From contig JBDROZ010000013.1 of NCBI GenBank assembly GCA_043809585.1, forward strand, positions 3,928 to 67,927: a stretch of 64,000 nt of DNA, read 5' to 3'. This document shows positions 26,303 through 34,595 of the stretch, piece after piece. Below the pieces are notes generated by a model. The model ran no database searches and was not told the origin of the DNA. It was given only the letters and a program-made list of their open reading frames with translations. The position numbers and the translations under genes were made by a program. Source of the DNA: Candidatus Eiseniibacteriota bacterium (GTDB lineage: Bacteria; Orphanbacterota; Orphanbacteria; Orphanbacterales; Orphanbacteraceae). Position 1 is the stretch's first letter. The number at the start of each line of letters is the position of its first letter.

Positions 26303-27307
26303 ATGCGAATCCTCGCAGTCGCGTACGCCAGGGACAAGGTCAAGTGGTCTCGAGTCAAGGGCGATTCCGGCCGGATTCGCTATCAGCGGGGCTTCCCATT
26401 GGACTATCTCGAATCCCTTTACAGGAGCTTCGACGAACCCACCCGAAAGACTCTCGAATCCGGCGAGTATCGGCGACTTCTCGAGGGAAGTCTCCCACCT
26501 CCTTCTCATCCTCAGTACCGGACCTGGCTGCTCTACGGCCTGACGGGGATCCTGCGCGGGAGAGAATGCGGGACCGCTTTGGAGGAGTTCATCTCCCTGA
26601 AGGGCTCCCGAATGCTCGACTTCGGTTGCGGAGAAGGGGGCATCGCCGTGGCTCTGACGCAGGCGGGGGCATCGGTAACCGCGATTGATGTCGATGAATC
26701 ACGGGTTCGGAGGACGGAGGCCCTCGCCCGTGATTTCGAACTTTCGGTGGACGCCAGGCTCTCGACCGACTACGGCGCGGAGTTGGAGTCGGCCTCTTTC
26801 GACGCCGTCGTGTGCAACGATGTCATCGAGCACGTCGAATCTCGCGAGGCTCTCGCCGAGAGTCACGCCCGTCTCTTGCGAGACGAAGGAGTACTCTACC
26901 TGACCGTCCCGAATCGATTCTCCCTTCGGGCGCTTCGATCGGACGGACACTACGGTCTGCCCGGACTCAGCCTCATGAGTCGGGGGGGCGGGGAGTGGTA
27001 TGTCACCAGATTGGCCCGCCGGGCGGACACCTATACACTGAACCGACTGTTGGGTTGGAAGGAGGTTCACAGGCTCTATCGGCGGGTTGGAATCGACCTC
27101 CGATGCATCTCTGATCGAGGAATCGTGGAGAGGCTGAGGAGACGACTTGGATCAAGGAGCACCATTCCCCTTCGGGCGGATTCCCGGTCGGAGAGGATGG
27201 CGGTGGGCCTCATTCGCCTGGTCATTCAAGAGTTTTGGACATTCATCGGAACCCGCCGTAGAGGCGCAAGAGAGACGGACCGGCCCGGCACTCGCGGAAG
27301 ACCATGA
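26303..27307 (+). CDS. class I SAM-dependent methyltransferase
   Basis: Motif I MLDFGCGEGGIAVALTQAGASVTAIDVD, post-I/II FDAVVCNDVIEHV. Visibly lower GC than its neighbours. Confidence 0.75.
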   Translation: MRILAVAYARDKVKWSRVKGDSGRIRYQRGFPLDYLESLYRSFDEPTRKTLESGEYRRLLEGSLPPPSHPQYRTWLLYGLTGILRGRECGTALEEFISLKGSRMLDFGCGEGGIAVALTQAGASVTAIDVDESRVRRTEALARDFELSVDARLSTDYGAELESASFDAVVCNDVIEHVESREALAESHARLLRDEGVLYLTVPNRFSLRALRSDGHYGLPGLSLMSRGGGEWYVTRLARRADTYTLNRLLGWKEVHRLYRRVGIDLRCISDRGIVERLRRRLGSRSTIPLRADSRSERMAVGLIRLVIQEFWTFIGTRRRGARETDRPGTRGRP

Positions 27308-27397
27308 CGATGGCGGCGGGCAGTGCACCGTACAGGACAGGCCGGACAGGACCGGGCCGTCCTCGCACGCTCGGTCGAGGATACCGGCCACCCCACC

Positions 27398-27934
27398 CTA
27401 CCGGTGCGTGATGCCCCAGTGCGTGAAGCCGACCTTCGGGTCGTCGTGGGGGATGCGGTGTTCGTCGGTGGGATCGTAAAACTGATCGGTGTAGTAGACC
27501 ATGACGAGATCGGAACCGGGCATGACCTCGTACCCATGGGCGACGCCGGCCGGAATCCGGACCGCCTTGGCGTACAACTCTCCGGCGAAGACCGAGTTCG
27601 CCGTACCGTAGGTCTCCGAGCCGATCCGGAAATCGACCAACGCGATCCGGGCGGTCCCGACGAGGGGGCAGAAGATGTCGTCCTGACGGCGGTGCCAGTG
27701 GAACGCCTTGACGACGCCGGGCCGGGTCCGGGTGATGGAGCTCTGACGGAACTCGAACCCCGCCGCGACCGGGTCGTCCGACCGGAAGACCTCGGCGAAA
27801 TGCCCCCGGTCGTCCGGATGGAGCGTGAGGGGATGAACGACCACGCCCCGGATCAGTCCCTCCTCGTCCGGCCGCCCCCCCCGGATCAGGTGGTGGATCC
27901 GAACGGCGGCGATCTCGATCCTCTTCGAACTCAT
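27398..27934 (-). CDS. rfbC: dTDP-4-dehydrorhamnose 3,5-epimerase family (RmlC-like cupin)
   Basis: HPDDRGHFAEVF, VKAFHWHRRQDDIF, IPAGVAHGY, DEHRIPHDDP. ATG 27934 chosen (179 aa); the listed ORF extends to 28015. Confidence 0.75.
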   Translation of the reverse strand: MSSKRIEIAAVRIHHLIRGGRPDEEGLIRGVVVHPLTLHPDDRGHFAEVFRSDDPVAAGFEFRQSSITRTRPGVVKAFHWHRRQDDIFCPLVGTARIALVDFRIGSETYGTANSVFAGELYAKAVRIPAGVAHGYEVMPGSDLVMVYYTDQFYDPTDEHRIPHDDPKVGFTHWGITHR

Positions 27935-27957
27935 GGCGTTCCCCCGGATTTCGGGCG

Positions 27958-27986
27958 ATTGTACCCACCCGCCCCCGCCATGTCCA
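27958..27986 (-). promoter_or_regulatory. sigma70-type promoter for rfbC
   Basis: Minus strand TGGACA-17 nt-TACAAT. The -10 lies about 24 nt upstream of ATG 27934. Confidence 0.5.
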
Positions 27987-28051
27987 TAGGATTCCCACCG
28001 CCGGGGAAGGCGCAACCATTATGATTCGTGTCTCTTGGGTCTTCGTTCCGG

Positions 28052-28080
28052 TTGACGGAACGCCCTCTCTCTGTTATTCT
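28052..28080 (+). promoter_or_regulatory. sigma70-type promoter (extended -10) for the polysaccharide locus, divergent from the rfbC promoter
   Basis: TTGACG-17 nt-TATTCT, with TGt immediately upstream of the -10. Confidence 0.5.
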
Positions 28081-28474
28081 TACCCATGGGTGGTGGAGAG
28101 GATAGGATGATAGCTCCCATCCGGTTAGCTCTCATGCACCGGAGGGGCGCCTCAACCCCACCGAATGAACCCTCAACCCGAGGAGGCGGCTTAGCGAAAC
28201 TTGTTAAAGAGCGCCGTTCAGGCGGGACCATCTCCGTAAGGCGCGGAGAACCGGACGGACATCGTGCGGAGATGACGGATATCGCAAGGCACCGGCAAGC
28301 CGGGGCGCTTCGTGCCCCCGGGGGACCAAGCCTCGTATGGAACGCTCTTTAGCAGGCGCGGCTGACTCCCATCAGTCACCCTACCTCGAAAAGACAGATC
28401 TCGAAGCGGGGCGCCCCGCGGGCGCCGAGGACCGCGGCGGAGCGCCGCCGAACACCCCGGACGAGGGAACGACC
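28081..28474 (+). promoter_or_regulatory. long (about 390 nt) 5' leader of the polysaccharide operon with alternative hairpins
   Basis: Lower-GC non-coding stretch. TCTCCG (28231-28236) can pair with CGGAGA at 28244-28249, or (as CATCTCCG 28229-28236) with CGGAGATG at 28267-28274. GGGGC-N7-GCCCC hairpin at 28302-28318. Confidence 0.35.
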
Positions 28475-29101
28475 GTGTCGACTGGGAAGAACGAATCCCC
28501 GCTCTATCTCGTCGTGAAACGAGGTCTCGACGTGGCGGCCGCCTCCATCGCCCTACTCGTCTTTTCTCCCCTCTTCCTGATGATCGCGGCGCTCATCAAG
28601 ATCGACTCGCCGGGACCCGTCTTCTTCCGCCAAGGGCGCATAGGAAAACGGGGAAAACCCTTCAGTTTTTTCAAGTTTCGGTCGATGATCAAGGATGCGG
28701 AGCGTCACAAACAGTCCTTGAAAGATCTGAACGAAGCGGAGGAACCTTTGTTCAAGATCGAGAAGGATCCGCGGGTGACGGCGGTGGGTCGAATCCTCCG
28801 CAAGACGAGTCTGGACGAGCTGCCCCAGATGATCAACGTCCTCAGGGGGGACATGAGCGTGGTGGGGCCGAGACCCCATCTGCCGGAGGAAGTTTCGTGC
28901 TACGGCGAGCTGCAGAGGGAACGCCTGGCCGTGCAGCCCGGCATCACCTGCCTTTGGCAGGCGACGAACCGCAAGTCGACCCAGTTCAACGAGTGGATCG
29001 AGTCCGACCTGGAGTACGTCCGGAACCGCTCGCTCCGGATGGACTTCATGATCCTGATGAAGACCGTGGGGATCGTTCTCTCTCTCCGGGAGGCGTCATG
29101 A
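28475..29101 (+). CDS. small monotopic phosphoglycosyl transferase (bacterial sugar transferase, PglC/WbaP C-domain type)
   Basis: [81 protein letters not shown] 28475 gives the typical length of about 208 aa. ATG 28337 would add a low-complexity extension. Confidence 0.85.
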   Translation: MSTGKNESPLYLVVKRGLDVAAASIALLVFSPLFLMIAALIKIDSPGPVFFRQGRIGKRGKPFSFFKFRSMIKDAERHKQSLKDLNEAEEPLFKIEKDPRVTAVGRILRKTSLDELPQMINVLRGDMSVVGPRPHLPEEVSCYGELQRERLAVQPGITCLWQATNRKSTQFNEWIESDLEYVRNRSLRMDFMILMKTVGIVLSLREAS

Positions 29102-29964
29102 CCCGGGGAATCGCGGCCGCGGCGCGAGCCGCACTCGCCCTCGCCCTGCTGCTCGCCCTTTTCCCGGGCTGCGGGTCGCGGCCGGGGTTCGAGGACGACT
29201 TCACCTCTCTCCCCGAGCCTGAGGCGCCCGAGCGGCGGGCGACGGACGAGGAGATCGAGGAGACGATGATCGAGGAGAACGCCCCGATCGTCCCCATGAT
29301 CACCCGGATCGGAGACGGGGGAGAGGGAGGGGAGCCCGGAGAGGGCCTGGGCTTCGATCTCCGCCCCGAGGCCGGTCCCTTCCGGCTCTCCCCGGGGGAC
29401 GAGTTCGAGATCCGGTTCCTGAGCCAGCCGGAGATGAACCTCCCCCAGACGGTCCGCCCCGACGGGGTCGTCTCGTTCGACCTCATCGGCGATCTCCCGG
29501 TGGAGGGGCTCACCCCGGAAGAGCTGGCCCGCACCCTGGAGGAGATGTACTCGGTCTATCTGAAAAACCCGTCGATCAACATCCTCGTCCGGGATTTCGA
29601 GAGCCGCCGGTTCTTCGTGGTGGGCGAGGTGGACAAGCCGGGCGAGTACCCTCTGACGACGCCGACGTCGCTCAGCCAGGCCGTGGCGACCGCGGGGAGC
29701 TGGACCAAGGAGGCCCGCTGCGAAGACGTCATGGTGATCCGCATGGGCGAGGACGGAGAACCCTTCGCCTTCAAGGTGAACCTGAAAGAGATTCTGCGGG
29801 GGGCGGTCGGCTCCGACCCGATCCTCGCCCACATGGACATCATCTACGTACCGATGGGCAAGATCGCTTCGGCGCGCGATTTCGTGGATCGTTTCTTCGG
29901 TATCATCCTGCCGCCGATCGACGCGACCTGGAAACTGGCCGTGACGACCGGGTACCGGCGATAG
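29098..29964 (+). CDS. polysaccharide export lipoprotein (Wza/Poly_export + SLBB family)
   Basis: Lipoprotein signal LLLALFPGC. SPGDEFEIRF, VRPDGVVSFDLIGDLPVEGLTPEEL, RFFVVGEVDKPGEYPL. ATGA overlap with the upstream gene. Confidence 0.8.
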   Translation: MTRGIAAAARAALALALLLALFPGCGSRPGFEDDFTSLPEPEAPERRATDEEIEETMIEENAPIVPMITRIGDGGEGGEPGEGLGFDLRPEAGPFRLSPGDEFEIRFLSQPEMNLPQTVRPDGVVSFDLIGDLPVEGLTPEELARTLEEMYSVYLKNPSINILVRDFESRRFFVVGEVDKPGEYPLTTPTSLSQAVATAGSWTKEARCEDVMVIRMGEDGEPFAFKVNLKEILRGAVGSDPILAHMDIIYVPMGKIASARDFVDRFFGIILPPIDATWKLAVTTGYRR

Positions 29965-29977
29965 CAGGGGAGAGAAC

Positions 29978-31384
29978 GTGAACAAGGCTCTGAACGGCGT
30001 CCCGATCGAGGAAACGGAAGCCCGGTTGGCGCCCCAGCTGACGGGGCGCGATCTCTTCAAGGTGCTCTTCCGGCGGAAGTGGATCGTGTTGATCCTCTTT
30101 CTTTCCACGAGCCTCTTCGTGACCTGGAACGCGAGCCGGATCCCGACGGAGTTCCGGGCGACGGCGAAGGTGCTCTTGAACCGGGGCATGCGGAACAGCG
30201 CGCTCGACCGGAACATCTCGCTCCTCACATGGGACGAGACGGTGAACTCGGAGCTCGAGATCGCCGAGAGCCAGCCGGTCATCGACAGGGCCCAACGGAT
30301 CCTGAACGAGGAGGCGATCGAAGAGGGGGTCGAGACGATCGTCATCGATCCGGGCCGGGTATCGTCGAAGCTGCTCTCCGAGTCGAACGTGATCGGCATC
30401 GAGTACATGTCGCTGAATTGGCTCGAGACCCAGCCGGTGGCGAACGCCGTCGCCCGCGGGTACATCCAGATTCACGGCGATCTCTTCGCCCTCCCGAACG
30501 TACAGGAGTTCTTCAGCACCCAGGTGGCGGACGCGGAGCAGAGGCTGCAGGAGCTGGCGAACCGGAAACAGGCGGTTCAGGAAGAGGCCGCCATGGTCCG
30601 CATCGGGACCCAGCAGGACTACGTGATCCGGGGGATCTCGTTCACCCGCGAGGCCCTTGTGGGCGTGGAGAGGCAGTACGCCGCCAGCAAGGCGGACCTC
30701 GACGAGACGAGGCGACTGTTCTACGAAGAGAACGTCGAGATCCCCTTCGACACCAGGCGGAACGACGACCAGGTCGGCATGTTCCGGACCGTCTACCTGC
30801 TGAGGGCGCGGATGGTCGAGATGGAGCAGCAGCGCCAGGAGCTCCTGACGCGGTACACGGAGCAGCACCCCACCGTGATCGCCCTGGAAGACCGAATCGC
30901 GGATATCCGCGAGGAGATTCGGGCCGAATCGGAAAAGGTGATCCGCATCCAAGAGGGAAACCTCGCCGTGATCGAGGCGGAAGCGACCACCCTCCGCCGG
31001 GAGATGCAAGATCTGGAAGGACAGCTCCAGGCGTTCCCGGCGGCGGAGCGGGAGCTGGACAATTTGGACCGATCGATCGACCTGACGGCCCTCGAATACC
31101 AGCGGCTCCTGGACAGCAGGATCCAAATCGGAGTCTCCACCGTCAGTTCTCGGGATTACACGCTCAACCTCCTCTCCGAGGCTTCGTCCCCGGTCGCCAC
31201 GAATCCGCGGGACCCCGTCCGGCTCGCCCTCGTGCCGGCCTTCAGCCTTCTCGTCGGAATCAGCATCGCGTTCTTCGTGGAGACCATGGACCATTCGCTC
31301 AAGAGCCGGGAGGACGTGGAACGCCACGTGGAGCTCCCTGTCCTCGCGTCAATCCCCAAGCGCCGCAGGCTGAGAAGGGCGTAG
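29978..31384 (+). CDS. polysaccharide co-polymerase / chain-length determinant (Wzz-GumC type, transmembrane part of a split Wzc)
   Basis: N-terminal TM (WIVLILFLSTSLFV), long coiled-coil periplasmic domain, C-terminal TM (LALVPAFSLLVGISIAFFV). Confidence 0.75.
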   Translation: MNKALNGVPIEETEARLAPQLTGRDLFKVLFRRKWIVLILFLSTSLFVTWNASRIPTEFRATAKVLLNRGMRNSALDRNISLLTWDETVNSELEIAESQPVIDRAQRILNEEAIEEGVETIVIDPGRVSSKLLSESNVIGIEYMSLNWLETQPVANAVARGYIQIHGDLFALPNVQEFFSTQVADAEQRLQELANRKQAVQEEAAMVRIGTQQDYVIRGISFTREALVGVERQYAASKADLDETRRLFYEENVEIPFDTRRNDDQVGMFRTVYLLRARMVEMEQQRQELLTRYTEQHPTVIALEDRIADIREEIRAESEKVIRIQEGNLAVIEAEATTLRREMQDLEGQLQAFPAAERELDNLDRSIDLTALEYQRLLDSRIQIGVSTVSSRDYTLNLLSEASSPVATNPRDPVRLALVPAFSLLVGISIAFFVETMDHSLKSREDVERHVELPVLASIPKRRRLRRA

Positions 31385-31393
31385 GAAGCCGGA

Positions 31394-32140
31394 ATGAGCA
31401 AGATCTACGAAGCTCTGTCGAAGGCGAAGCGAGGGCCGGAGGAGGAGAGGCCCGGCCGGGGCGAGGACATGCCCCTCAAAGCGGGGACCCGGACCCGGCT
31501 TTCGGAGCAGCTCCGCGACGTATGGACCCAGTACGAGACACTTCACAGCTCTCTCGGAAAGGCCCTCGGCGGCGTCCGGGGGAAGGCCGTGGTGTTCGCC
31601 TCCTCGGTGGAAGGAGAGGGCACGTCCACGGTGCTCGCCGAATACGGGGCGTCCCTCGGCTCGACAAAAGAGCGGCGGACCCTGCTCGTTGACGCGAACT
31701 TCCGGGCCCCCCGGCTCCACGAGGTTTTCGGCGTCCCGGGAGAAGCGGGCCTCGCCGACGTTCTCGCGGGGACGAAGGACCTCGAGGAGGTCGCGGTCCG
31801 GCTCGGCGACGACCATCTCTATCTGCTTCCCGCCGGGACCACGACGACGTCGCCCGGGGCGCTCGTCACGGTCACCCGTTTCTCTCGTTTTCTCGAAAAG
31901 GCGAAGGAGCGTTTCGCCCTCGTCCTCGTCGACGCGCCTCCGATCATCCCTTACGCGGAGACGGCGATCATAACGGCCGCGTCCGACGGGGTGGCCCTCG
32001 TCATCGAGTCGGAGCGAACGAAAAGGGAGATCGTGATCCGCGCGAAAACCGTCCTCGAGGAAGCGCACTGCCGGATCCTGGGTGTCGTCTTGAACCGGAG
32101 GCGGTACGTCATTCCCGAGTTCCTCTACCGGTACTTGTAG
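31394..32140 (+). CDS. CpsD/CapB-type BY-kinase-like ATPase with degenerate Walker A and A' motifs
   Basis: Walker A position reads VEGEGTSTV (expected G-K-S/T). Walker A' reads LLVDANFRAP (expected DxDxR). Walker B LVLVDAPP is intact. C-terminal Tyr-rich tail RRRYVIPEFLYRYL. Confidence 0.7.
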   Translation: MSKIYEALSKAKRGPEEERPGRGEDMPLKAGTRTRLSEQLRDVWTQYETLHSSLGKALGGVRGKAVVFASSVEGEGTSTVLAEYGASLGSTKERRTLLVDANFRAPRLHEVFGVPGEAGLADVLAGTKDLEEVAVRLGDDHLYLLPAGTTTTSPGALVTVTRFSRFLEKAKERFALVLVDAPPIIPYAETAIITAASDGVALVIESERTKREIVIRAKTVLEEAHCRILGVVLNRRRYVIPEFLYRYL

Positions 32141-32159
32141 GAGAGGCGGCCGGCGGCGA

Positions 32160-33425
32160 GTGATTCCAGGGGAGAAGGAGAAAGCGATCGGTCCGTCTCG
32201 GTTCGTCACGTCATCCGACCCCGATACGGACCTTTTTTTCACGGGCCTGCTCCGGCGGATCGCGGAACAGGTCGTCCGCGAAACCGAAGACCGCGGCTTT
32301 CTCTCTCTCGTGCTCGGCGGGAGCCTCGCGCTCGGAGAGGGGAGCGGCTACCGGGAAACCGGAGGGGGCGTACAACCGGGCAGCGACATCGATCTGTACC
32401 TCATCGTGGAGGAGGGACTCGTCGGAGAGTGGAGCGCTCGGGCGCCAGGCTTCCGGGAGCGGCTGCTTTCCGCCCTCGGGGTTCCCGGGTTGGTCGTCGA
32501 TCTGGGGGCGACCTCCCCGGACCGCCTCGCCGGCCTCCGCCCTTCGGTGGCCCACTGCCTACTGGTCCGATACGGGAGAACCCTCGCCGGTGACCCCGGA
32601 GTCCTCCGGCGGGCGCCCCGCCTTTCCTTCGAGGACATCCCCCCCTGGGACGGTCTTCTCCTCCTCTTGAATCGCGTCGTGGAGCTTCTCGCCGAGTGGC
32701 GGACGGCGCCCCGGGAAGGGGGGGAAGAGCGGGAGTTCTGGTACCGCGCCGGGAAGACGGTGCGGGACCTCGGAACGAGCGCCCTCGTCGCGGGGGGGGC
32801 TTTCGTCCCGACCATCGTCGAGCGGATGGACGCGGTGCCGGCGTTCCTGGACCGTGAGGGGCTCTCCTCCCGGATCCCGGATTTCGCGGACGACCACCGC
32901 TTCTGGTGCGTCCAGAAGGGGCGCCCCGACGAAGTCGTGGCAAGAGAGCGGCACGGAGGGGCGGAGGCGGAGGCCGAAGCGAGGTCGAGGATCGCCCGCT
33001 ACGTCGACGCGCTCTACCGGTGGGAAACCGCGCGCATCTTCGGAGCCCGTGAGGGGGCGACCCCCCTCGAGGCGATGGCCGGATCGGAGAAGCTCCGGCG
33101 GCGCGTGCGGGCTTGGGCGGCCCACGCCGGGCGGGGGGGGAGGGGGGCGCTCCGCCATCTCGCGGCGGGACTTCCGGCGACTCCCCTCCGGGCGAACTAC
33201 GCGGCGGCGGTGGGACTTCTTCTCGCATCGGGTCCCCTCCGCGGAGGTGAGGCGTCCGCCCGGGACGAGGCGGCCCTCCGGGAGGCTTGCCGGGCGGCGC
33301 CGGGCGCGCCTCCGGAGAAGGAGGGCGACTACGCCCTCCGGTGGGGGCGGCTCAGGAACCGGGTGTGCGCGTTCTGGAACCGGGAAGTAATGGGCGGGAC
33401 GAGGCCGCCCGTCCCTCTTAGGTGA
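32160..33425 (+). CDS. hypothetical protein with a Pol-beta-type nucleotidyltransferase signature
   Basis: LVLGGSLALGEGSG...GSDIDLYLIV fits hG[GS]-x(9-13)-DhDh of minimal nucleotidyltransferases. The rest is Arg/Ala-rich helical sequence. GTG start. Confidence 0.4.
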   Translation: MIPGEKEKAIGPSRFVTSSDPDTDLFFTGLLRRIAEQVVRETEDRGFLSLVLGGSLALGEGSGYRETGGGVQPGSDIDLYLIVEEGLVGEWSARAPGFRERLLSALGVPGLVVDLGATSPDRLAGLRPSVAHCLLVRYGRTLAGDPGVLRRAPRLSFEDIPPWDGLLLLLNRVVELLAEWRTAPREGGEEREFWYRAGKTVRDLGTSALVAGGAFVPTIVERMDAVPAFLDREGLSSRIPDFADDHRFWCVQKGRPDEVVARERHGGAEAEAEARSRIARYVDALYRWETARIFGAREGATPLEAMAGSEKLRRRVRAWAAHAGRGGRGALRHLAAGLPATPLRANYAAAVGLLLASGPLRGGEASARDEAALREACRAAPGAPPEKEGDYALRWGRLRNRVCAFWNREVMGGTRPPVPLR

Positions 33426-33428
33426 ATC

Positions 33429-34595
33429 ATGAGACGCACGGTGATCGTGTTCCTGATCGACGCCTTCGGGTGGGACCTCCAAGAGACCCGCCCGTTTCTG
33501 GCGGAGCACGTCCACCGGCGCCCCCTGAAGACGATCCTCGGCTTCAGCTCCGCGGCGATCCCCACCCTCCTGACGGGGAAGCACCCGGACGAGCACGGCC
33601 GCTGGTTCCTCTACCGGCGAAGCCGTTCCGATTCCCCCTTCGGTTTCGCGGGGCTCCTCGCCCCCTTCGCCCGGGGTCCCCTCGCGGCCTTCGTCCGCGC
33701 GGCCTACGAGAAGTGCTTCGACCACTTCACGAACATCACCGGCTACTACCATCTTTACCGGGTGCCCCTCGGTCTCCTTCCCCGCTTCGACCTTCCCGAA
33801 AAACGCCCCGTCTACCTTCCCGGCGGCGTCGACGGAGCGCCGACCCTCTTCGACCGGATCGAGGAGGCGGGGATTCCGAGTCGGGTCTGGTTCTGGCGGA
33901 CCCGGGAGGAGGACAATTTCGGCGAGATCCTCGCCGCCGTCCGCGAAGGGGAGGAGACCTTTCTCTTCTTCTACGCGAGCGAGTTGGACGCGTTGATGCA
34001 CGCCCGGGGGACGGACGCCCCCGAGACCCGCGGGCTGATGGACAGCTACGAGGCGCGGATCCGCGAGACCCTCGGAGAGGCGGAAAAACGGGCGGACGAG
34101 GTGGAGCTTTACGTCTGCTCCGACCACGGCATGGTCGACGTGAAACGGATCATCGATCTCATGGGGGACATCCGTTCCCTCCCCTTCCGGGAAGGGAAGG
34201 ACTACCTCCCCTTCTACGACTCCACATTCGCCCGGTTCTGGTTCTTCTCCGGCGCCGCGGAGAAGGCGATCCGGGACCGTCTCGAGAACGCGGCGGGGGG
34301 GAGGCTCCTCGGCGACGACGAGCTTCACCGCCTCCGCGTTCTCTTTCCCGATCGGGAGTACGGGGAGGCGGTCTTCGTCACGGGCGCGGGCACGGTCATC
34401 GCCCCGTCGTTCATGGGGGACCGAGCCCCGGCGGCGATGCACGGATATCATCCGGACGACCCCGGATCGGACGGACTGGTCATCTCGAACCGGCCCCTCC
34501 CGGAACGGGACCTGTCGATCCGGGATATGGCGGCCCTGCTCGAGGGGGCGGCGCGCCGGGCGGCGGAGGACGAGGGGCATGGAGAGAGACCGTGA
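33429..34595 (+). CDS. alkaline-phosphatase-superfamily protein, nucleotide pyrophosphatase/phosphodiesterase (NPP) type, soluble
   Basis: VFLIDAFGWD, GFSSAAIPTLLTGKHPDEHG, VCSDHGM, HGYHPDDP. Confidence 0.7.
   Translation: MRRTVIVFLIDAFGWDLQETRPFLAEHVHRRPLKTILGFSSAAIPTLLTGKHPDEHGRWFLYRRSRSDSPFGFAGLLAPFARGPLAAFVRAAYEKCFDHFTNITGYYHLYRVPLGLLPRFDLPEKRPVYLPGGVDGAPTLFDRIEEAGIPSRVWFWRTREEDNFGEILAAVREGEETFLFFYASELDALMHARGTDAPETRGLMDSYEARIRETLGEAEKRADEVELYVCSDHGMVDVKRIIDLMGDIRSLPFREGKDYLPFYDSTFARFWFFSGAAEKAIRDRLENAAGGRLLGDDELHRLRVLFPDREYGEAVFVTGAGTVIAPSFMGDRAPAAMHGYHPDDPGSDGLVISNRPLPERDLSIRDMAALLEGAARRAAEDEGHGERP

Noticed and set aside
27323-28024. 233-aa plus-strand ORF.
   Set aside because: Fully antisense to rfbC, which has clear cupin/epimerase motifs. 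No motifs of its own.
28185-28196. GGCGGCTTAGCG in the polysaccharide leader, resembling the RfaH ops element GGCGGTAGCG.
   Set aside because: It needs a 2-nt insertion to align. ops is defined for enterobacterial RfaH, and no RfaH/LoaP gene is visible here. Kept only as part of the leader finding.
28337-28474. ATG 28337 as the start of the small phosphoglycosyltransferase (254-aa version).
   Set aside because: The extra 46 residues are low-complexity (Ala/Gly/Pro/Glu) and absent from typical PglC-type enzymes of about 200 aa. GTG 28475 sits right before the conserved TM helix. It is not excluded, and if used it would shorten the proposed leader.
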